A stretch of 64,000 bases of DNA, taken from positions 164,982,001 to 165,046,000 of the forward strand of contig OZ024741.1 in assembly GCA_964016885.1 (NCBI GenBank), given 5' to 3'. Numbering within the stretch: the stretch's first letter is position 1; each line of letters begins with the position of its first letter. Both the position numbers and the translations under genes were made by a program. The stretch comes from Eledone cirrhosa (lineage: Eukaryota). Under the pieces are notes generated by a model. It did not search any database. It was given only the letters and a program-made list of their open reading frames with translations, and had not been told where the DNA came from. Below are positions 24,719 through 36,673 of the stretch, in pieces.

Positions 24719-26527
24719 GTGTCACGAATGATCAGAAAAAGGAGGCCTGGAAATGTCATTATGAGAGACTGATGAATGTGGAGAACGAATGGGAGAGAGA
24801 GAAATTACCCTCAGTAGATCCGGCAGAGAGACCAACTATTGAGATTGACGAATATAGGGTCCAAGAGGCGATTAAGGAAATGAAAAATGGTAAGGCTGCT
24901 GGACCATCGGGAATAGTTGCTGAGATGCTGAAGGCATCATGGGACGTAGGCACTAAACTGGTTGCACGCATCATCAATCAGGCTATATATGGTGGTGTCA
25001 TACTCAAAGACTGGTGTAGCAGTATTCTCATAAATTGCTACAAAGTTAAAGGGGATGCTCTGGAGAGGAGCAATTATAGGGGTATAAAACTGATGGATCA
25101 GGTTATGAAAGTGGCAGAAAGGATATTAGCACAACTAATTAGAGAAAGGGTCAAACTAGATGAGATGCAGTTTGGTTTTGTGCCTGGGAAGAGTACAACA
25201 GATGGCCTCTTCTTGGTGAGACAATTGCAAGAGAGGTTCTCAGAGAAAAATAAGCCACTCTACTTAGCCTTTGTTGGCCTAGAGAAGGCCTTTGATAGGG
25301 TACTTTGATCTGTCATCTGGTGGTCCCTAAGGAAACTAGGTGTTGCGGAATGGCTTGTGAGGACAGTGCAAACTTTGTGCAGTGGTACTGTCAGTAAAGT
25401 CAGCGTTGGAATGGAGTTTAGTGAGGAATTCCAGATACAGGTAGGAGTACATCAAGGTTTGGTCCTCAGCCCGCTCTTGTTCATTATAGCCCTCCAAGCC
25501 ATAACAGAGGAGTTTAAGACTGGCTGTCCATGGGAACTTCTCTATGCTGACAATCTGGTTCTTATAGCAGAATCAGTAGAGGAGCTAGAGAATAAATTCT
25601 GGCTATGGAAACAGCAGTTGGAAGCAAGAGGACTGATAGTGAACCTAGCTAAGACAAAAGTGTTGATGAGTATAAAAGAGGACAAAACCCTGATTCCGTC
25701 AGGGAAATGGCCATGTTCGATATGCAGAAAAGGAACTGGCATAAATTCTATAAAATGCACACAATGCAGATCCTGGGTACACAAGAGATGTAGCAGGATA
25801 GCAGGCAAACTAACAGGTAGGGAGAAATATGTATGCAGTAGATGTATAGGGAAATTAGACAGTTGAAGTCGCATTGATAGACACATTTCTCAAATGCAGG
25901 CGGGTGCTATAGAAGTGGTGGATAGCTTCCGGTACCTAGAAGATCAGATTAGCATGGGAGGGGGGTGATCCGAGGCCATAGTATCTAGAATAAGGACGGG
26001 TTGGAAGAAGTTTAGGGAGCTGCTTCCTCTGCTGACGAAGAAGGGTTTTCCCTGCATACGAAAGGCCGGTTATATGATGCCTGTGTGAGGAGCGCGTTGC
26101 TGCATGGTAGTGAAACATGGGCAGCAACTGCAGAGGATATGTGATGGCTGGAGAGAAATGAGGCAAGCATGCTCCGTTGGATGTGCAGTGTCAATGTGCG
26201 TGAACAACCTAGCATGAATGTGTTGAGAGAGAAACTGTATCTGAGAGGGATAGAACGTAGTGTACGGGAGAGGGGACTGAGGTGGTATGGACATGTGATG
26301 CGAATGGAGGATGACCAATGGGTGAAGAAGTGCCAGGAAATGCCAGTTGAAGGAAGATGTGGTAGAGGTAGACCACGAAAAACATGGGTGTAGGTGGTGA
26401 GAACAGACCTCAGATCGCTGAAGCTCACGGTGGAGATGACGAAGGACCGTGACAAGTGGAGAGATGCTGTGCTGAATAAGACCCGTCCCACCCTTGCAAG
26501 CAGTGAAGAGCGGACGTAAAATGATGA

Positions 26528-26530
<3 letters not shown>
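24719..26530 (+). mobile_element. RTE-clade LINE, 5'-truncated, with intact 3' end
   Basis: RT motifs across ORFs 24772-25308 and 25357-25866, then LRWYGHVMRM...GRGRPRKTW, and tail GACGTAAAATGATGATGA. Several stops and frameshifts. Confidence 0.95.
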
Positions 26531-26563
<33 letters not shown>

Positions 26564-26619
26564 TTGTCTGTTCCATAGAAAGCTTGACCATTTCTTGAAC
26601 TTTATGTTTGTTCTGTCTT

Positions 26620-26695
<76 letters not shown>

Positions 26696-26698
<3 letters not shown>

Positions 26699-26846
26699 AT
26701 AATAATAAAATTGAAGACTAAAATCCAAAGAGGGCTCGATAAGGATAAATATATATCAAATATATAAGAACCGTAGAGCAAATATTTATTAAATAACAGA
26801 TTAAAGTTTATTCTTTGCTTAAACTTTAATCTGTTATTTAATAAAT
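26696..26846 (-). mobile_element. Mini copy of the Penelope family at 54061-56018
   Basis: Reverse complement of about 55911-56018, followed by a fold-back hairpin. Confidence 0.85.
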
Positions 26847-28126
26847 ATATATATATATATTTATAAGTAGAAGGAGTATTTAATTTGTTGGAAATCCGAC
26901 AAATATAAATGTTTATAACTGATTCAGAGCACTCAACAAGTTCCTGGAGTAAATATTCAATGATATTAAATAAATGGAAACTATATTTATAAAACCATAT
27001 TTATTTTATATATATTTCAAGGGTACCAAAAGACTTTGGTAAGCTATCTTCAGATAAAATACAAAATTTGTTTTATAAATAGAGACATACCCAGGAAAAT
27101 CATACCTTATCAGTTGGATATTCTCTGGATAGTGGAAATGTATTAGGGATTTTTCAAACTTATGGGTGAATATACAAATGAATATGTAAACAGTTGAAAA
27201 ACAACCGTTTATTTAAACGACTATGGAGAGAAAGATATATATATATATAGCATTGAAACCTTAATTAAAACTAGTAACACTTAGTTTTTTGTTTAATTAT
27301 TATATTAACAATATATCTAAGTAAGCATGCATCCTTTTATGTAATGTATGTATAATTATACTCTCTCTCTCTCTCCCTTACACACACACGTAGAAGTAAG
27401 AATAGGTATATGTAAGTCAAGATATCCTTATGTATGTATAAATTTATAGCACTCCTGTTTTTCTTGCATGAAATAAATATTATTGTCAACCTCACTTATA
27501 AATATGCCATTTATTACACTGTATAGAAATATGCATATATACAGATATATAAACTCCTTGTAAATGTATCTGACACCTTAGTACTCTACCCATCTCAACT
27601 ACAGATTACCCGCAAATTACTGGAATTTTTATACATACATACAATAATAATGATATAAACACGTGGATAAAGTTACATCAATTTATACTCTGCATACGTC
27701 TTGGTGGTTATGTGTGCTCTCGTGTTTTTCATGAAAATTGTGCTGAATTTATCATAACTCTTGCAGTGGCAGGCATAAATAACAATTGAAACAAGTAGGA
27801 AATACAAGAATGTAATTTTATCTGTTTTTATATCAGAATTATTATGCTCTGTATCATAGTTTTCATATTCATATAGAATATTGCTGCATGAGGATTTATT
27901 TCTAATCAAAGCAATGGAATGTACTGGTCGGGGTAGAATGACTTCACATACATTGAGCTCTACAATTTCAACAACATCCATCATTTACATCGGGTATTTT
28001 TTCCTATACATATATAAATACAAACACACACACATATATATATATAAATATATATACACAAACACATGTCCACACACAGACGCACACACACATATATATA
28101 CACACACACACACATATATTCACACA

Positions 28127-28413
28127 CAGTAGAACCTCAGTTCACAAACTAAATTTGTTCTTGAAGGCCTTTTGTCACCCAAAATATTCGTAGACCGAAA
28201 CTATTTTTCCCATACGAAATGTTGAGAGAGAAATACAGTGAGAGACTGTATGTGAAAGACAGATAGCTCCCAGCTTGTTGCCAACCATTGTAGCTAACTT
28301 GCATATTCATTTCTTGAGACACTGTTCGTCAACCAAGACATTTTACGTTTGGAAAAATTGTTTGTGAACTAATTTGTTTGTGATGAGAGGCATTATGAAT
28401 CAAGGTTCAACTG
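28127..28413. mobile_element. Tigger/pogo-like MITE
   Basis: CAGTAGAACCTC ... AAGGTTCAACTG termini within a CA/TG microsatellite. Confidence 0.65.
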
Positions 28414-28425
28414 TGTGTGTATATA

Positions 28426-28468
<43 letters not shown>

Positions 28469-28474
<6 letters not shown>

Positions 28475-29077
28475 CGGACACGTGATGCGCATGAAAGTCG
28501 ATAGCTGTATAACAAAGTGCAGGGCAATAAAGATAGACGGTAGCCACGGAATCGGCAGACCTAGAAAATCCTGGGACGAGCTGATAAACTCCGACCTCAC
28601 ACACTTACACCTCTCCAAGACAATGGCACTAGACCGAGATCTTTGGCGGTACTCAGTTATAGAGAAGACCCGCCTTACCTAAATACAAAGTAAAACCTAC
28701 TACAGCCAGTAGGCATCTCTAACAAAATACACCCCCGTCCCACCACCTCCACCCCATCCACACCACCCCTCCTATGTAAAGTTATGTTGGTGCCACAACA
28801 TCCAGGCCGAAACAAATGAGATCGTGTAGGTGTCACGACAAAAAACACACAGTCCACGCTGTAATGTGGCCGTGTAGGCAACACGGTAAAAACCTCCCAG
28901 ACCCACACTGTAAATGTGGTTGGTGTTAGGAAGGGCATCCAACTGTAGAAAACCTGCCAGACAGTCCTATGCGAGCAAGACAATCACTCTTGCCTCAAGT
29001 GGGAATACCCCCGTCCAAACCCATGCAAGCGTGGAACACGGACGTTAAACGTTGATGATGATGATGATGATGATGAT
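28469..29077 (+). mobile_element. RTE 3' end plus long 3' UTR
   Basis: RYGHVMRM...GRPRKSWDE...DRDLWR..V.EKTR stop, then UTR repeats, AGGAAGGGCATCC and GGACGTTAAACGTTGATGATG. UTR-only copies at 33874-34277 (-) and 35663-35925 (+). Confidence 0.9.
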
Positions 29078-29224
29078 AAGGATTAAAATACTGGAGCGTG
29101 TTGGAGTTAAACACCCTCTTCGTATTATAGAAATGACAGTAAAAGGTATAGCTCAATGTAATTAAACAGAGCCGAAGAATTATGGAAATAAAACAAAGAA
29201 GCTTTCAATACATCAAAAGTCTTT

Positions 29225-29270
29225 ATTAGCCAATAATGTTTCGTCCTATTAAGGACTCATCAGGGCAATC
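29225..29270 (-). ncRNA. Type I minimal hammerhead ribozyme motif in a Penelope-like pLTR remnant (about 29078-29480)
   Basis: Minus strand GATTGCC-CTGATGA-GTCCT-TAAT-AGGAC-GAAA-CATTATT-GGCTAAT: intact core, 5-bp stem II, stem I ATTGCC/GGC(T)AAT, one stem III mismatch. Confidence 0.7.
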
Positions 29271-29509
29271 AAAACCACAAGAAGTACTATCGGCCAATAC
29301 AAGCCGAAAACTCCTAAGAATATGGAGTGTACATATACTAAAGTATTGGAAGATTATGGGTAAAAATATATAATAAAAATCACTAAGGAGGTGTATAACA
29401 TTTTGAACCATAATACAAATATAGTCCAAAGCAAAACAAACCTAGAGCTAAACAAAGGTGGTTATATAGAGCGGGAACTATATATAATACAATATAATAT
29501 AATATAATA

Positions 29510-29559
<50 letters not shown>

Positions 29560-29562
<3 letters not shown>

Positions 29563-30146
29563 TCATCATCATCATCACCGTTTTACGTCCGTTCTTCCAC
29601 GCTAGCATGGGTTAGACGGGTTGTCCTGTTGTGGGCAGTGTCTGGTCGGCTGACCATGCCTTGCTCATACAGGAACTGATTTGGCTTGATTTCTACAGCT
29701 GGATGCCCTTCCTAATACCAATCTCATTTACAGTGAGTGCTGGGTGCTTTTTCGTGGCGCCTACACGTCCACTTTACAGTGTGGGCTGGGTGCTTTTTTG
29801 CCGTGACACCTCCACAACCACCTTGCGGGGGGGGGGGGGGGGGGGCATATTGTCTATATGCTTCAGCTTGTACCCATGGGAGGTCTAGTACTCTGTATTA
29901 CTGCGTGACGCCAGAGGTCACAGTCGTGTGTCATTGCCTTTGAGAGGTGTAATTGGGTAAGGTCGGCTTTTATCACCTCATCCCAGGTCTTCTTGGGTCT
30001 CCCCACTCCGCGGTTTCCATTGACTTCTAGTGCCCTGCACCTTTTTATGCAGCTGTCATCCTCCATACGCATCACATGTCCATACCAGCGCAACCGCCTC
30101 TCCTGCACACAGCATTTGATTCCTCTTATGCTCAGTCTCTCTCTCA
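29560..30146 (-). mobile_element. RTE 3' end plus long 3' UTR
   Basis: ORF 29863-30147 (RRLRWYGHVMRMED...GRPKKTW). The tail at 29561-29716 is nearly identical to 7043-7196. Confidence 0.92.
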
Positions 30147-30186
<40 letters not shown>

Positions 30187-30639
30187 ATATATTATATTAT
30201 AATGTAATTTAACATCATGCTATATAAAACTGAAATACTGAGACAACGATGCTGGTTGATGAGAAATAAATTAATGATGATGAAAAGATAACTCCATAAT
30301 GAAAAGTAATTATCCAAAGAAATGATTGATATAATGGTGAGCTGAATGATTAATCTAGGAAACATATCCATTTCCACACACACACACACACACATATGCA
30401 CACACACAGGCACACGTAGAGGAATACTTCTTATATAAATAATAGATATACAGATATACAGATGAAAGGATTACTACTTCCATGTGAACTATGTGCCAAC
30501 TAACTTCCAATAACAACTTATTAAACTGAACATTCTTTTTTTATTTTTTTTTTTGGAATCAAGCTGTTTAAGGATGTGCATGTATGTAGGATGGGTGTCA
30601 ATATGTATTTATGTATACATATACACACAGACATATATA

Positions 30640-30918
30640 GACATGCTCCATCATCCACTTTTCTAAAAAAATATATCATACACAAAACACTAGTATCAAT
30701 AGTTTTCCAAGAGATGGCAACATGAATGGACCTGTTATTTTCCTCTAAAAACATTTTTCCCAATTCCACCCCATACATAATATGAAAGAGTAATGGTGGA
30801 ATGTTCCAGTAAAAACCCCAATAAAATGCAGGCATAAAAGACCAGGTATAATAATATGGGACAAGGAAAAGAAGGCATGCACAGTAGTGGAAGTTAGCTG
30901 CCCAGCAGATACCAATAT
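30640..30918 (+). mobile_element. RLE endonuclease fragment of an R4/NeSL-like non-LTR retrotransposon
   Basis: Manual translation WWNVPVKTPIKCRHKRPGIIIWDKEKKACTVVEVSCPADTNI, a decayed HxxPD...E.SCP.D.N motif. Confidence 0.75.
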
Positions 30919-31940
30919 AATACAATATAATACAATATAATACACATATAACTCAAAACATCCACATCCACACATACATTAACATCCATACCTGCACACA
31001 CATGCATACATATCTACCTAGTTGATGTTGTTTAAATTCCAATGAGAGAGTCTTCTTATCTATTTTAGAAACCAACTCTCTCTCTCTATTGGTAAAAATC
31101 TATAAAATTATAAAACCAGAAGAACATTCATATATATATATGGGTGTATATGTAATGCTGGTGTTATAAAATGCATCCTCTGTCACGTGTTATATATATA
31201 TATATATTCATTTATATTAAGACTTACTTTTTAGCCTTAATATAAATGAATATTAAAACGCTACTTCGGTATTGAGTACTCCTTTCTCTCAGACATCAAC
31301 CACATATGCACACACACACACACACACACCTGTCTATCAGCAAAAGCTTGTGTGAGTGTCAGCAGAAATATATATCTAGTTGTAATGTGTAAATTTCTCA
31401 TGTGTGTTTGCCTTATCTCGTTTGATAACAACCTGCCTGAAACTGCCCTTGGTTTTATGATGAAAAGTCAGTTGTTTGAAACTGTTCATATTCAAATTTA
31501 AACCTTTTATTATAATTATTGTCAGAACCATTTCTTAAGTTATCTCATAAACACCAACTTAATGATGTGACATATAGTTATATTCTTCACTCTGTTTGAT
31601 CAACAATATCCAAGACCTTATTCACTTGCTAAGTGGGGTGGACCTTGTCAAATCAGACCAAAGAAACAATGTTTCCATTGGTCTTTCCAATCTACCTACC
31701 GGTCACAATTCCTGGCAGAAGGAGAAACGTGAAATAAAGTGTCTTGCTCAAGGACACAACACATCCCCTTGTCAAAGAATTCAATTCACAACCTTATGAT
31801 TGCAAATCCAACTCTTTAACCCCAAAGTCATGTGCCTTCACATATATTGTTAAACCCCCCACACATTTTGGATTACTTTAAAAATTGATTGAAAATCATA
31901 AGCAGCATATTTTGTTAGAAAATATGGCAATGAAAGAATT

Positions 31941-32166
31941 ATAACCCTTTAGCATATACATTACTCTATGTATTTTCATGGTAAAGGCTTTACCTCACAT
32001 AATTGTCTCATAATTGTCTCAATATTGAATCTATGAGATTCTGATATTGTTTATTTTGAGAAGAATACCTTAATATAAGTATGAGTGGCTGGTTACAACT
32101 GGTTTGAACTGAAAGAGGTGAGAGAATTCTGGTCGGATATGGCCAGTTTAAATGCTAAAGGGTTAA
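31941..32166 (+). mobile_element. piggyBac-type MITE family 1
   Basis: Homologous to 648-863; ends GCTAAAGGGTTAA. Confidence 0.85.
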
Positions 32167-32817
32167 CGAATTTGTCTGGAACATCAGAATCTTATCTTCC
32201 AATGGCATACAAAATTAAAAAGACTTAAAACTTTACTATATATACCATTATAATCATTATTTTACATCTTTCTTCAATGATGGTGCCGGCTGGCTGAGTC
32301 TTCATAAAACAAGTACACCTAATAACACTCCCCTCCCACTCTAGTATATATATATATATATATATATAAAATTACATTTATTGTATTCAGCCATGTAGAG
32401 CAAACATTTAAAAAATTTTTTATTTCAATATGGCAAAGCCGGCCATTGATTGTTCGTATACAGGAAACTGACTGGCCAGTCTACTGGTATGCAAATCCGG
32501 CTAATCAGTGGATCTGCTAATATGCAGATCTGACTGATCAGAGAGTCTGCTAATATGCAAATCAGGCCAATCAGTCACTGTATATTTTAGAAAATATGAT
32601 ATATTTTCACTAGCTCTGGCAATTGGCAGGTGAACAGTGAACTGTACTGATGAAGGGTGATACCCAGAAACATTAGTGTCTGCAGTTCTGTTTACATGCC
32701 AACACAAGAGCAAGAATGAGGGGCTTATTCTACTGACATGGCTTTAAAAATGAGGCTTGTTTGCATAATTGCAAACGGATCGAATGTTATTATTAATATT
32801 CAAAAAACTTAGATTAT

Positions 32818-33154
32818 ATCATCATCATCATTTTACTTCCGCTTTTCCCTGCTTGCAAGGGTGGGACGGGAACTGATTCTGGCTTGATTTCTACAGCTGG
32901 ATGCCCTTCCTAACACCAACCTCATTTACAGTGAGTGCTGGGTGCTTTTTTGCTGTGGCACCTCCACGACCACTTTGCAGTGGAATGATAGGGACCCCAG
33001 TCTCTATTATCTCATTTCTACAGCTGAGTAAACTGGAGCAATGTGAAATAAAGTGTCTTGCTCAAGGAAACAACACATCACTCAGTCTGAGAATTGAACT
33101 CACAACCTTTCCATTGCAAGACCAATGTTCTAACCACTAAGCCATGTGCCTCCA
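32818..33154 (-). mobile_element. SINE family B, full length
   Basis: Colinear with and highly similar to 6077-6421. Confidence 0.88.
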
Positions 33155-33342
33155 CATATATATAGGTCACAGAATGATCTCATGTTTAATACATTACATC
33201 TCTGGCTTGGTTTCAATAGCTGGATACCCTTTCTAATACCAACCAATTTACAGTGTCCTAAGTTCATTTTATCATTAAATCAACCCTTCAGAAATTGTTG
33301 TGTCCTTCACATAATTAAAGAATCTGCTCTACACTGCACTAC

Positions 33343-33384
<42 letters not shown>

Positions 33385-35002
33385 GTGTGTGTGTATATAT
33401 ATATATGTGTGTGTGTGTGTATATTATATATATGTATATATTTATATACACACACACACACACGTGTGTGCATATGCATGTGTACGCATACGTATATACA
33501 TATGTACATGTTTAATAAATAAAATAGGATTAGTTTCTTCTTTAAAATGAAGATTATATTAGGATTATATACTGTGAAGTAGAAAAAGTCTGATATGAGA
33601 TGATTGCTATTTACAGCTACCATCAATAGCTTTAACAAATTAGATTAATTCAATAAGAAACTGTTTATGAGAGTCGTTAGCCGAAGTTTATAATATACTG
33701 GATTGCAACATAATGCCAACTGGAAATGAGGTCAATAAATATATAAACAAACAAACAACTGGATAATTATTAATTAATTTGTACTTGAAAATTAGTTTCT
33801 TTATACTTTCCTGTAATAATAACATGTGCAGTCTGTTGTTTTTTGGTACTGCCTTATATGTGTGTGTGCGTGTATCATCATCATCATCATCATCATCGTT
33901 TAATGTCCATCTTCCACGCTAGCATGGGTTTGGACAGGAATTTTCCCACTTGAGGCAGGATTGGTTGTCTTGCTCGTATAGGACTGTCTGGCGGTTTTTT
34001 TACGGCTGGATACCCTTCCTAACACCAACCACGTTTACAGTGTGGACTGGGAGGTTTTTACCGTGTTACCTACACGGCCACATTACAGCGTGGACTGTGT
34101 GTTTTTTGTCGTGACACCTACACACCCTCATTTGTTTCGGACTGGATGCTGTGGTATTAACATAACTTTACATTGGAAGGGGTGGTGTGGATGGGGCTGG
34201 GGGTAGTGGGGCCGGGGTGTATTTTTGTTAGAGGTGCCTACTGACTGTAGGTTTCGCTTTGTACTTAGGCAAGGCGTGTATATATATATATATATAAAAT
34301 GCTAGCGTGGAAGATGGACGTTAAATGGTGATGATGATCATGATAATGATGATATATATGTGTGTGTGTGTTTGTATACATGTACAACCTGTCTCATGGT
34401 TGGGTCGTTGGCGACTAAACTGGCAACCCCACCAAGGTGTCTTGGTGAGGAGGGTGACTTTGGACATCCTGCAGGACTTTTGGACATCCTGCAGGACTAA
34501 AAACAAAACCTGTCAAAGGGCAAAGGAGCTCTTAAGAGTCAATGGCCATCCAAAATCACCGGGAGAGATGACCCCTTAGCCTTTGTCAAGGCAGAATTCT
34601 AGGAGAAGGAAAATTCTGATATAACACCTGCAACCCTGATGGTATCCAATGATGTTGACTTGTTCTTCTTTTTGGTAAATATCATCTTGGTTAAGAGAGT
34701 GGGACTGGCTTTGTGCAGTGCCTTTGCTCACCATAAAAGCTTCACGGCACAGGCATTGCTTTACATCTGGAGATCTCTCTGCACTTGTCGTCACATGGTA
34801 CCATGGGCCCAGCACTATGTGTCAATAATTGTGACAGGTGTAGTGTTTGTACCAGAGTTTTCAAGTCGCTGGCTGGACTAAAAAGTCACACTTGTTCAGC
34901 GCATCGGTAGGGGTTCTCCTACATGGATATAAAGTAGTGGCCGTACTCGAAAACGAGTTGGCAGCCACCATGTGTGTATATATACACACACACATACATA
35001 TC

Positions 35003-35052
<50 letters not shown>

Positions 35053-35061
35053 CATATATAC

Positions 35062-35208
35062 ATATATCTAAGTCTAAAATTAAGATAAATGAATTAAATG
35101 AATTTAATCTAAATCGAAAATCATGGGTGTTATGTCATGACACCCATGATTTCGATTTAGATTAAATTCATTTAATTCATTTATCTTAATTTTGGACTTA
35201 GATATATA
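35062..35208. repeat. Near-perfect palindrome with about 70-bp arms and almost no loop
   Basis: TATCTAAGTCTAAAATTAAG...GGGTGTTATG t CATGACACCC...CTTAATTTTGGACTTAGATA. Confidence 0.9.
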
Positions 35209-35922
35209 TATACGGCTCCTTAATTGTAGAGCTATTTCTGTTGAAAAGAATTTTGACTGCTATTTCTAGTTGTCGAATACCTTTTCACGCCACTGAAACG
35301 AAACCGCTATCTTGTGTGGACGCAACATGTGGTAACGGATAGTTGAAGATTTGATCTCGCTCTGTAAGCACGTATAGCTGGATATTATCCCTTTCCTTGT
35401 TGACAATCCAATAATATCCACTTTCCGTGACTTACCATCTGATTAATTGGTGAAATATATTTCTTTAATGGGATATATACAAGGAAGGTTAATCACACTT
35501 AAAGGTAAATATTGCCTAAACTAGCTATGCGCGGTTACACGCAAGCAAAAATTATCTCCTGTGATTATTCATGTATTTTTATATGTTAATCAATCTCTAG
35601 TTATTATATATATATACATGCATATATACACATATATATACATGCATATATACATATATATATCGTGTAGGTGTGACGACAAAAAAAACACACAGTCCAC
35701 GCTGTAATGTGGCCGTGTAGGTAACAGGGTAAAAACCTCCCAGACCCACACTGTAAATGTGGTTGGTGTTAGGAAGGGCATCCAACTGTAGAAAACCTGC
35801 CAGACAGTCCTATGCGAGCAAGACAATCACTCTTGCCTCAAGTGGGACTACCCCCGTCCAAACCCATGCAAGCGTGGAACACGGACGTTAAACGTTGATG
35901 ATGATGATGATGATGATGATAA

Positions 35923-35956
<34 letters not shown>

Positions 35957-36214
35957 GCATATATACACACACACATGCATATCTGTGTGTATGTATGTAT
36001 ATATATATACATATACATATACATATATACATATATATATATACATAACAGGAAAATAGGAAATGAGTCAGGACCTCAGAGCTCAGCCATCAGATCTAGC
36101 TGTTGAAATGGCCGGAGCTCAGTCGTCGTGGTCCTCACTATTTTCCTATTACCCACTCTACTGAGTTTGCATTATGGTCCACCTGGTATCTCACCACACC
36201 CTCTTTGTTATATA

Positions 36215-36611
36215 TAGGAGGGTAATCCCAAAAGTAAGGTCTCCAAAGCGATGAGGATGCAGAGAAACTATTCGTACGGCTGTTGGTAACACTGTTGTGA
36301 TTGGTGCTTCCTTCACTCCCAAACAAGCATGCACTCGCTTCGCTGGGATGCTCAATCTTGGCTTGGCAGCCATTGAGAATGGAGCTCCCGTTGAACGCTA
36401 CTGCCAAGTGCGAATTTCGCACAGTTATTATATAGAGGGCAATCCCAAAAGTAAGGTCTCCTTCTGAGGAAAACATGCGTAAAGATCGGCGGATCACTGT
36501 GGATGCTCTCTGCATTTTGGTTCCTGAGGTTTCCCGAAGCACCATCCACAGGATTTTAACAGAAAAGTTGCAATATCGGAAGGAGACCTTACTTTTGGGA
36601 TTTCCCTCGTA
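36215..36611 (+). mobile_element. Internally deleted mariner element with two left TIRs
   Basis: TIR GAGGG.AATCCCAAAAGTAAGGTCTCC at 36218 and 36435, inverted at 36582-36609; TA flanks; peptides MELPLNATAKCEFRTVI and DRRITVDAL...SRSTIHRILTEKLQYRK (mariner HTH regions). Confidence 0.88.
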
Positions 36612-36673
36612 TATAACTCAAGTTATACAGATCAACACATGCAATGACATTCATGCTTGCACACACACACACA

